From Nitrososphaerota archaeon (GTDB lineage Archaea > Thermoproteota > EX4484-205 > JAAOZP01): a stretch of DNA of 64,000 nucleotides. Positions within the stretch are counted from its first letter, which is position 1. The number at the start of each line of letters is the position of its first letter. The position numbers and the translations under genes were made by a program. Where the stretch lies: contig JAAOZP010000004.1 of assembly GCA_011605725.1 (NCBI GenBank), forward strand, positions 64,001 through 128,000, read 5' to 3'. The notes under the pieces are model-generated. The model was not told the DNA's origin and searched no databases. It saw only the letters and a list, made by a program, of their open reading frames with translations. This document shows, one piece after another, positions 46,351-54,913 of this stretch.

Positions 46351-47145
46351 TCAATCCTCGAGTTTTTTGACGCTCTCCAGCTTCTTACGTAAATCGTTAA
46401 GATAGCGCTTGCTTATCCCAGGTACTCCGAGGCGTTGAGCTTCCCTAACAGCATCCGCTCTTTTCTTAATTTCTTCTAGCAACTTGTCCTCGCTCATGCC
46501 GCTGGAATTGAATGCTGAGTAGAAGAAATCCCAATCCTCGTGTGGCTTCAGATAATGCTTTACTTCAAAGCCATATTTTCCGCTGATTCTTTCAGCAATC
46601 TCCCTGACGTATTTTATGTAGAGCGCTATCATCCGCAACAGGCTTAGGGTCCTGCGTAAACGTTTATCCTCCATATCTATGCATTCTTCGAAATCCTTGC
46701 CCTCAGACAGACCCATTATGATCTCTTCGGTTTTCTCTATCCATTTCTGCACGAGCTCATCATACTTCTTCTTGTCTCCAATTTTTTCGGCTTCCTTTAG
46801 TTCCCTATCGAAAAGCGGTTGTATGGCCAAACTTATATGGAAATTTATATCGACCATGCCTTGTGAATATATCTCTATAGCTCCATTCTCATGGGCTTCG
46901 ATATAAGAAGAAAAGCCTAAGAGAGTCCAAGCGACCAGCATGCCTGAGCTGTCTTTCTTAGCCTCAATCCATGCCTCAAGGATTGCTCGTGGCGGCGAAC
47001 CCACCAGTCCTTCCTTTTCATATTTAACAAAACCCCCCTCTTCAAACTTCTTAAAGTCTTCCAATCTAACCTTTCCCTCAGACAGAAGCTCTACTAACCT
47101 TCTAAGGAATCCGATACTAAACTTTCCCTTAGTCACTTCATTCAT
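46351..47145 (-). CDS. Putative cognate immunity protein 2
   Basis: ATGA overlap with the nuclease ORF; FNSSGMSEDKLLEEIKKRADAV matches immunity protein 1. Confidence 0.65.
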   Translation of the reverse strand: MNEVTKGKFSIGFLRRLVELLSEGKVRLEDFKKFEEGGFVKYEKEGLVGSPPRAILEAWIEAKKDSSGMLVAWTLLGFSSYIEAHENGAIEIYSQGMVDINFHISLAIQPLFDRELKEAEKIGDKKKYDELVQKWIEKTEEIIMGLSEGKDFEECIDMEDKRLRRTLSLLRMIALYIKYVREIAERISGKYGFEVKHYLKPHEDWDFFYSAFNSSGMSEDKLLEEIKKRADAVREAQRLGVPGISKRYLNDLRKKLESVKKLED

Positions 47146-48185
47146 CCTCTCCTTGTTATCTCTATGTAAGGATTCTTATAATTACCAACACTTTCAGGCA
47201 TGCTTAAACCTTCCTCTGAAGATGACCATATGTCATAGTCGAGTACGAACAGGACACCATATCTTGCTGTCTCAGACTCCATAAGGAAATCCGTGAGCTT
47301 CTTTCTCCCTTTGTTAACCTGCAGGTCAAAAACTGTAGGATCATGAATCGCAGTGCCCTTAACCTCGACGATGGCAGTAACCTCGCCTTTCTTAAAAGGA
47401 TCCTCATATTTATCGGTTATATCCCATTTCGCTTCTATCTGAAAATCTGGACCCACATTGCCCGCCCAATTATGAAGCCTTCTCGCATCTACAGCATCCC
47501 TGGGAATTCCTGTCTCCTCACAGAATTTATTGAGGAGTAAATCCTTTTTTTTCTCTACCCATAATTCTACGACCTGCCCGATCAACTCAGTATTTTCAGG
47601 ATCGGACTTAAGCATATTAAGACAACCCGCAAGGTCGTTAACTGTATCCGCATACTTCAACACTTCTACGTAAGCTATTTTAGTCGCATCCTCGGGCACT
47701 TTGACCGTCAATCGAGGATTAAAGCAATATGCATACTTATATTCACCATATTTATCGACAAAGCACACTATTAGAACCAACCTCTCTTTGAACTCAACAT
47801 TTTTATCTACCTTCTCAAGCCCCTGAACATAATAGCCGCTTAGAAAGATACGCTCTTTCAAACCTATGTCTTGATGTCCCTCGACGTTGCTAACGTCGTC
47901 AGCTATTTCTAATCTTTGAGGAACAATTATGTCTCTTCCGACAATACATGTAAACACATTTATATCATTTCCCATCCGATACTCAATAATCCATCGTCCC
48001 TTGTATACTTTAATACTACTAATAGGATGCGCTATAGGCTTATGCACGTACACTCTTCCGTCTTCATAAAAGGTGAAGATAATTGGTTCGCCATAAATAT
48101 CCTTAGCTCCTGTTACCACATCAAGAGCAGCCCCCCTCTCAGAGTTTCTAAGGTTCCAAGATTCCACCGGGATTTCGTTTAACAT
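47142..48185 (-). CDS. C-terminal portion of toxin 2 with PD-(D/E)xK nuclease-like domain
   Basis: IGQVVE…GPDFQI…IVEVKGT…YGVLFV; frame stays open upstream (YNKIKAYDESDR) to the (GC)5 tract. Confidence 0.7.
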   Translation of the reverse strand: MLNEIPVESWNLRNSERGAALDVVTGAKDIYGEPIIFTFYEDGRVYVHKPIAHPISSIKVYKGRWIIEYRMGNDINVFTCIVGRDIIVPQRLEIADDVSNVEGHQDIGLKERIFLSGYYVQGLEKVDKNVEFKERLVLIVCFVDKYGEYKYAYCFNPRLTVKVPEDATKIAYVEVLKYADTVNDLAGCLNMLKSDPENTELIGQVVELWVEKKKDLLLNKFCEETGIPRDAVDARRLHNWAGNVGPDFQIEAKWDITDKYEDPFKKGEVTAIVEVKGTAIHDPTVFDLQVNKGRKKLTDFLMESETARYGVLFVLDYDIWSSSEEGLSMPESVGNYKNPYIEITRRG

Positions 48186-48207
48186 CCTATCAGATTCATC
48201 GTATGCC

Positions 48208-51200
48208 TTAATCTTGTTGTAGCGCGCGCGCTAATATTCCTTCAGCACAATCTTTAGGCATCCAGAATTGACTCGACTTCGTATCCTTTCTAAATGAGAA
48301 TTCTACGACTCCTTTCTTACCCCCATACTCCCAATAGATCTTCGCCTTATATATCCCAGGTCCAACATCATTTCCTTTCCCCAAGCTCAACATAGCTCCA
48401 TCTCCCTTTTCCAACGTAACTTCACGTAACCTTTCCCAAGATACTTTATAATATTCTATACTACTTATCTTAGCTACTAGTTTATCTAGCACATCAGGAT
48501 TCTCGAGAACAGTAGTTAAGAAAATACCAGCAACATTTTCATCATACTTACCTTTAATGTCGAAATAGTTATCAATAATTTTCCCTATTTTAATCCCAAC
48601 TCCTTTCCTTGCATCTCCTTTTATCATTATCAGAATTTCATCTAGGGCTTTTATCTTGTCAGGGTCTTTTGTATTCTTGTTAAGCCAATTGTTCAAAGAT
48701 TCTATTGCATCGTCACCATCCTTAATCCACATCGAAACTATACTCCTTACGATTATCCCACCTTTTCCCTGAAACTCTTCTAGAGAATAATGCTTTATGA
48801 TCGTGCTAATTGCATTTAGTATCCTGCCTGAGCTTTCTACACTCGGAACGTTTTCTAAAGTGTGTTTTGAGATTTCCGAAGCTGTTTCAAGGATATCTTC
48901 AATCTTTGAAGGATTGTTTATTCTCTTTATTAGATCTCCAACGACGTCTCCGAACTTTCTGCTGTACTTATTCCCAAGTAAAAGGTCAACAACCTTGTGG
49001 AACGATGGCTTTAGCCTCAGCACCAATACATCAAATATTGCTGGGGTTATCCAGTTCCAAATCCCCCTGCCTACGATTCTGAGCACGTCCTCAACGCTAA
49101 GCGGCTTGCCTCCTGCTTTCTCAGCCCTTATCCTGTTGACCACCGCGTAGAAGGTAGTGACATATGCTGCGCAACTAACTATCGCTCCGACAACCCTTCC
49201 AGTGGCGTATCCGATTCTATAATCCCTATCTTTCGTCGAAGGAGGTTCCTTCAACCCGAAGGCTATTCTTATCTCATCCCATGAGACGTCTAGAGCCAGG
49301 TCTGAGAGCACGTTGGAGAGGAGGTTATCGTTAATATCCTTGGCTTCTAGCCTGAATATTTGGGAAAGCTCGAACAGCTCGTTAGCATGCTGGGCCATGC
49401 CGATTTCATTGAACTCCTTGCTCCTGCCCTCGCAGACATCTGCAATTTCGTTAAACGAGTCCATTGCAGCCAACGCGTTGTGGACATCTGTCCAGATTTC
49501 AGCTATGTTCATCGCTATACCAGTGGCGAGGATTGCTGGCGATGCTGCTACAGCCCACTTAGGCGGGAGAACGAAGCCGACAACAATCATTATTCCGCAA
49601 GTAACTATTATCCCCCATCCCTTTGAGACGAAGCCGTCCCAGAAGCCCCTCCAGAACATAGGCAGCTCGCCACTTCTAAAGCTCGCTTGAAGAGTTGCAA
49701 CAACCCTACCCCCGTGCTTCAAGTTAATGAAGATCGGATATTCTGCATCTTCCTCAAGTTGGACTAGGTGTAATGGGATCGAGCCGAATGCTGGAACGCT
49801 AATAGCATGCTCCTCCGGAATTCTCGCCGGCCCAGCGAAGACCTCTAGCTCATATTCCGCGTTGCATGCAGCATAGTTTCTTATCAATACCCCTTGTACT
49901 AAATCGCCCCCGCCATATGCAAGAGGATGGTAAATGAGTTCTATCTCTTTTCCATGCGAGCCTCTTGTCGCTGCTTTATCCAAGTCCCACCTAGTCTCTC
50001 CGGTATCCTCGTATTTGTAATCGTGGTCTTCCCACCCATTGTACTTTAGCCATTCATAGAATTCACCATTAACCGTTATGACTTCGCTCTGGTTCAGCAC
50101 CTCTTCCTTTAGCAGCTTAACCTCGTAATTGGAAGGTATCTTGCTTGGCTCAAGCCTATCATCCTCCAGGATACCGAGTAGCTTCTTAACCTCATCCTCA
50201 TGGAGTATTCTCTCATAGAGGAAACCTGGCTTGACATCGATCAACGCATATCTAACGTTCAGCGTCTTAGTCATTTTCGAGATATCGCTGACATTCTCAA
50301 TTGTCGATGTGAAACCATCAGGCGAAATAGGGATCAGCTCTACTCCATTGAAATCTTGGAGATACCCCGGCGCCATATCCGTCGTCATGAAGTATAACTT
50401 AACATGCGTAGCCCCTTGGTACCCTGGTACGAAGACCCTCTTGGTCTCATTGTAGCCCTCAACGTTTACAACATAAGTTCTCCATTCCTCCGGGGCAACG
50501 AAGCTCATGGTTGAGATCGTTGTTAACGCTGTGGATATGTATCTCTTTCCTTCTTCATCACAATAGACTGCTGTGATGTTGAGCTTGGCGATGGGAGAAA
50601 GGAGCTTCGTTAATATATTCTTCGACCATAAGCCAACGATGGCTCCGATTTCCAGCTCCTTTCTATCAACGTCTCCAGTTATGAGCAGCTTGACGTCTCT
50701 CGCCTTCCGTCCTCCCTTATTGAGAAGGGTTATTGTGAGGTTTGCGTACTTCGCTATCACTTGGCTTGAAAGCTTAACCTCAAGCCTCGGAGGCTCAGGT
50801 AGAACCTCTATGGTGTAGGTTACGGTCTTCCCCCCGTTCCAGAACACTAAATCCAAGTTGCCCGGCTGAACAACAGCAAAATAGACCGTAATCTTGTAAA
50901 CCCCAGGTTTCTTGGCTTTCAGGTAAAGCGGAGCGATGCGTGTAGGGCTTGGGAGTGGAGCCCATGTCTCAAACGCGTCACTATCGGAGAACCTAACACC
51001 CAGCAAGATTTCGTAGCTTCCTCGGATCTCCTGAGGATTCCTTATTTGGGCTGTTATCGTTATCGTATCACCGATCCCAACTTTGGTTGATGAGATTGTT
51101 GTATCAACTATTATTGGGTCGTAGGCTGGGAGGAGAACCCTGAACTCGCTTATTTGAGATTGCATGGCTTCGCGTGTTTCCTCAAAGTGACTCGGGACTG

Positions 51201-51879
51201 CGATGAGAAAATTTTCAGCAAAGTAGCCTTGGCTCAGGTTTGAGAATAGCCCTATTTTCATCCTAGCGGTCTTGTTAAGTATTTTACCGGTCTCTAGATC
51301 GATGAGGGTGAAGGTGTATGAATCAGGGTCGATGTGCCTGACTAAGTATGTCCTCTTCTTAGGATACCTATGAAGAATGTGGAAGACATTAGTTCCATTG
51401 CTTTCATATTTTATAGAGCTTACATCTTCCTCACTTCCATCCTTACCAATTGCCTTATAGGAGATTTCTACGGAGACGCTTCCATCGCTGCCTCTACGAA
51501 TATAGATTTTCTCATACTCGGGGATTATCGTGTAATCCTTAAGATCATAGTCTATTCGAGTCGGTAGCTTCAGAGTATTGTTAGCACTTTTTATGGTTCG
51601 ACGTATCTCCTCTTCTAAGCTTCCAATGGAAACCAGTTGAGCTATGAAGAACCAGAGCCTCTGCGCAAGCTCAACGGGAAAGCCCTCAGGCACTATGAAG
51701 CATGCCTCGGTTATCGAGCTGCTCGGCACCTTCCCCTTCCTTAATTCCTCCTCTATGAACTTTAATGCTGTTAGAGCATCCGTTTCCTCCGTGGCGTATG
51801 CCCTAAGGGTTAGAGCAGCGCTGAAGTTGGAGGTTAATATCAGGATTGCCAGGATTGCGGCTGATGCTTTCCTAAGCAT
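48208..51879 (-). CDS. Toxin 2 N-terminal/trunk portion (1223 aa): signal peptide, Ig/CARDB-like domains, hydrophobic hairpin; frame-separated from its nuclease domain
   Basis: Signal peptide; trunk aligns by eye with 8140-13239 (FWRGFWDG, GRVVGAI, WITPAIFD, YFDI). Confidence 0.75.
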   Translation of the reverse strand: MLRKASAAILAILILTSNFSAALTLRAYATEETDALTALKFIEEELRKGKVPSSSITEACFIVPEGFPVELAQRLWFFIAQLVSIGSLEEEIRRTIKSANNTLKLPTRIDYDLKDYTIIPEYEKIYIRRGSDGSVSVEISYKAIGKDGSEEDVSSIKYESNGTNVFHILHRYPKKRTYLVRHIDPDSYTFTLIDLETGKILNKTARMKIGLFSNLSQGYFAENFLIAVPSHFEETREAMQSQISEFRVLLPAYDPIIVDTTISSTKVGIGDTITITAQIRNPQEIRGSYEILLGVRFSDSDAFETWAPLPSPTRIAPLYLKAKKPGVYKITVYFAVVQPGNLDLVFWNGGKTVTYTIEVLPEPPRLEVKLSSQVIAKYANLTITLLNKGGRKARDVKLLITGDVDRKELEIGAIVGLWSKNILTKLLSPIAKLNITAVYCDEEGKRYISTALTTISTMSFVAPEEWRTYVVNVEGYNETKRVFVPGYQGATHVKLYFMTTDMAPGYLQDFNGVELIPISPDGFTSTIENVSDISKMTKTLNVRYALIDVKPGFLYERILHEDEVKKLLGILEDDRLEPSKIPSNYEVKLLKEEVLNQSEVITVNGEFYEWLKYNGWEDHDYKYEDTGETRWDLDKAATRGSHGKEIELIYHPLAYGGGDLVQGVLIRNYAACNAEYELEVFAGPARIPEEHAISVPAFGSIPLHLVQLEEDAEYPIFINLKHGGRVVATLQASFRSGELPMFWRGFWDGFVSKGWGIIVTCGIMIVVGFVLPPKWAVAASPAILATGIAMNIAEIWTDVHNALAAMDSFNEIADVCEGRSKEFNEIGMAQHANELFELSQIFRLEAKDINDNLLSNVLSDLALDVSWDEIRIAFGLKEPPSTKDRDYRIGYATGRVVGAIVSCAAYVTTFYAVVNRIRAEKAGGKPLSVEDVLRIVGRGIWNWITPAIFDVLVLRLKPSFHKVVDLLLGNKYSRKFGDVVGDLIKRINNPSKIEDILETASEISKHTLENVPSVESSGRILNAISTIIKHYSLEEFQGKGGIIVRSIVSMWIKDGDDAIESLNNWLNKNTKDPDKIKALDEILIMIKGDARKGVGIKIGKIIDNYFDIKGKYDENVAGIFLTTVLENPDVLDKLVAKISSIEYYKVSWERLREVTLEKGDGAMLSLGKGNDVGPGIYKAKIYWEYGGKKGVVEFSFRKDTKSSQFWMPKDCAEGILARALQQD

Positions 51880-52912
51880 TCCCTTCGCCTCCCGGCTTAC
51901 CTAGGGTTCTCCATCTCAGGAGTATGATGAGCAATGAGACCGTTGAGACAGCCAACGAAGATGCTAAGAGCCTCATGATGCTTAATTCTTCAGCAAGCCT
52001 TTCATTTTCCCTAGTCTTCTCTGAAACCATCTCCTGGTATTCTTTGAGAGAGACCCTTAGAAGAGCCGTGGTATTCTTCTCTATCTCCAGCTTATCCCTT
52101 GATGCTCTTAGCTCAACCTCGGAACTATTCAACATAATCCGAAGCCGCTCATTCTCCTCCTTCGACTCAAGGTGTTTTGAGAATGGGTTTCGTCGAGCTC
52201 AATAATCAGCGTCGCCGTTAGATTCGGTGCTTTGATGCTTAGCAAGAGCTTAGCCGGCTCCTTAAGCCCAGAGAACCTTGACCACTCAATTCTCGTTTCG
52301 TACAGTCCCTTCTCGCATACAACCTTACAATCCTCGATTAGAGATTCCACTCGGAGCGTTGCCCCCACCTCAACGCTATTGCATGGAGCGATTATTTTGA
52401 AGGAGATTTTTAGAGCATCTTCATCTATGAAGATAGAATTCGGAACTATCTCGATGAAATCAATAACCTCTTCGCCTTCAACCTTTATCATCGCCTGTCC
52501 CTCTTTGAAACTTCTTACCCCCTGTCTATAGCAGTCTATCAAGAAGCAGTTACCCGAAATAGTGTCGTTATCCACGGCTATCCAGAGCTGAGTCCCATTA
52601 AAGTCGAGCATGGGGTAAACGCAGACGTAGAAATCGCCCCTTATGGTTACGTTGGGCGCGCGCGGGGCGGGTAGCGTTTAATGGCCAGTTTACTGGGAGA
52701 AATGGGCGAATAAAGATCACTGCAAACGTTAAGAGGAATGGCGATGCTTCGGCGTAAATTTCGTTTACCAGCGGGTAAACACTATTTACCTTCGAGCAAA
52801 CAACATTTACCTTCAGTGGGCATTTGTCTACGTGCCCAGCGACTCCACGCATCTTTGAAACGGCTTTAATGGCTAAAAGGAAGATGCACAATGCTTTCCA
52901 TGGCCTAGCCAC
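51872..52912 (-). pseudogene. Secreted coiled-coil, C-terminally TM-anchored protein broken into three ORFs
   Basis: Breaks at GCGCGCGC 52656-52663 and at the A-run 52188-52190; an added A gives …IIELDENPFSKHLESKEENERLRIMLN…; overlaps the start of the toxin gene. Confidence 0.6.
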
Positions 52913-53339
52913 TATGCTAGTGTGCTCTAATAATTATAATTACTGATTCTGAAATCCTTTATCACATTGTTTATCAGATTTTTAGTACTCATAACCACCC
53001 GGGTTCTAAGAATTATAAAAACGTTAATTACTACATGGACCAGTGCGCACGGCAGCCCTGTTTTTAGCACATAGAGTCACCACTTTCCAGCTCGGGGAGT
53101 AACTTTAATCAGCCATATCGCCAGAGAGTTTTTTAGCGTATGCTCTGCAAAATGAGTAGGCTAGTGTTCCAGACAGATATTGATACATTCTGCAAGAGAG
53201 TTCCAAGAAGCATTTTTGGCGAGATACAGATTTCATCCCGGAGAAACTAAAAGAAATCTAATGATAAAAGCCGACATTAAGGTTTGGTTTTAAACTAAAG
53301 CAAAATGTCACATAACAGGAGACATAACGCTTGCTTCTA

Positions 53340-53375
53340 AGGGTAAACCTTTATCACGGGCATAGCTTAACCCTC
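53340..53375. repeat. Right 36-bp direct repeat
   Basis: agggtaaacctttatcacgggcatagcttaaccctc; contains the pheS stop and an aborted pheT start (MPVIKVYP*). Confidence 0.92.
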
Positions 53376-54838
53376 CTCAACCAGCCTAAGTCGTTCTGAT
53401 AGAGGATACGAATATCGTTAACTCCCAGCTTAAGCATCAGCAAGCGCTCCAAGCCCCCTCCCCAAGCGAGAACAGGATAATCTATACCAAGAGGTTTAGT
53501 AACCTCAGGCCTGAAAATCCCCATGCCGCATAATTCAAGCCACCTACCGGCTTGCGGAACGTAGACGACGGAGTTCATACTCGGCTCAGTGTATGGGAAG
53601 TACGAGGGCCAGAATTGAACCTTTTCCAACCCGAGTTTCTTATAGAATTCTGTTAAAACTCCCTTTAGGTCTCTGAGGGTCACACTCTTATCCATTATTA
53701 TGCCCTCTATCTGGTGGAACTCTGCAAGGCTTTTGAAAGAGAGCCTCTCGTTTCTGAAAACCCTGTCGACGCTGAAAACCTTAACTGGAGGATCCCTATG
53801 CTCATACAGGTACCTTACTGATACGCATGTAGTATGTGTTCTTAACACGAGCCTCTTCGCAGCCTCCTCAGACCATTTCCCGCCCCATCCGGTTGAACCC
53901 GTCTCCCAGCCGTTTTCATGCGTTTTCCTCACTCTTTCAACAAGCTGCCTGTCAGCCAGCTCCGTGGAGGATGGGTGTGAAAGATAGAAGGTGTCCTGCA
54001 TCTCCCTAGCTGGATGGTCCTGCGGGGTGAAGAGGGCGTCGAAGTTCCAGAAGCATGATTCGACCAGTGGGCCCTTCGCCTCGGTGAAACCCATCTCTGT
54101 AAAGATTTCCTTAACCTCTTTGATGAATTCTGTTAACGGGTGTAGTTTCCCAGGGTATATAGGCTCAACATCAGTAGTGACATCGTACGGTTTAAGCTCA
54201 ACGTTTCTCCATTCCCCTGTTCTCAGGAGCTCAGGAGTCAACTGTGTTACTGCAACCTTCAGCTCAACAAGTCTACCTGCCTCAGTCAGAGAGACCAGTC
54301 TCTCAACCTTCTCCTCAACTTTAACTATGCCCCTTCCTGACAGGAGTCTAACAGCATCATTATCCAGCAGGCTGATGTCTAGAGGGCCTGACGCCAATGT
54401 CCTGACAACGGTTTCGTCAACCCCTTCAGGAGGCTCTTTCTCAACAACTATGTGAGGAACACCGTTTACAGCCCTGATTGAACCCCATCCCTTTCTACGC
54501 AGCCAGCCGAGCGCTATCGTGAAGAAAGACTCATCAGGATAAGTCTTCCGAGCCTCCTCCAGAGGCATAATGCCCCCGTTTCTCAGCACGAGTTTCAAAA
54601 GCCTTCTCTCAGGAAGCCCGTTTCTAGAATGGTATTCTCCCTCAACGGTTAACCTAGCATACTTGGTTTCCCTGGTTGAGACCCTTACTAAGCCTTTCTG
54701 AGAAAGGGAGGAGACTACGCTTGCTGCTGACGACTCATTCAAACCCGTGATCATGCAGAGTTCGCTGAAGCCCATGGCTCTACCGGTTCTTCTAAGAGCC
54801 TCTACAATGTCTTTCTCAAGCTTAGATTCCAGGCTCAC
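53354..54838 (-). CDS. pheS: Phenylalanine-tRNA ligase alpha subunit
   Basis: FWNFDALFTPQDHPAREMQDTF, LRTHTT, FHQIEG, YFPYTEPS, GLERL; GTG 54838 after AGGAGG. Confidence 0.96.
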   Translation of the reverse strand: MSLESKLEKDIVEALRRTGRAMGFSELCMITGLNESSAASVVSSLSQKGLVRVSTRETKYARLTVEGEYHSRNGLPERRLLKLVLRNGGIMPLEEARKTYPDESFFTIALGWLRRKGWGSIRAVNGVPHIVVEKEPPEGVDETVVRTLASGPLDISLLDNDAVRLLSGRGIVKVEEKVERLVSLTEAGRLVELKVAVTQLTPELLRTGEWRNVELKPYDVTTDVEPIYPGKLHPLTEFIKEVKEIFTEMGFTEAKGPLVESCFWNFDALFTPQDHPAREMQDTFYLSHPSSTELADRQLVERVRKTHENGWETGSTGWGGKWSEEAAKRLVLRTHTTCVSVRYLYEHRDPPVKVFSVDRVFRNERLSFKSLAEFHQIEGIIMDKSVTLRDLKGVLTEFYKKLGLEKVQFWPSYFPYTEPSMNSVVYVPQAGRWLELCGMGIFRPEVTKPLGIDYPVLAWGGGLERLLMLKLGVNDIRILYQNDLGWLRRVKLCP

Positions 54839-54913
54839 CCTCCTACACCTATCGTTTAAACGTGCACAAGCAGTTTTTAAATTTGAAACCTTAATAATTC
54901 CTATTGGAGAAAT

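Larger units (their letters stand above)
46278..53339. mobile_element. ~7-kb genomic island between pheS and pheT carrying toxin module 2
   Basis: Flanking 36-bp direct repeats; separates genes whose overlap is preserved in both repeats; no integrase seen. Confidence 0.85.
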
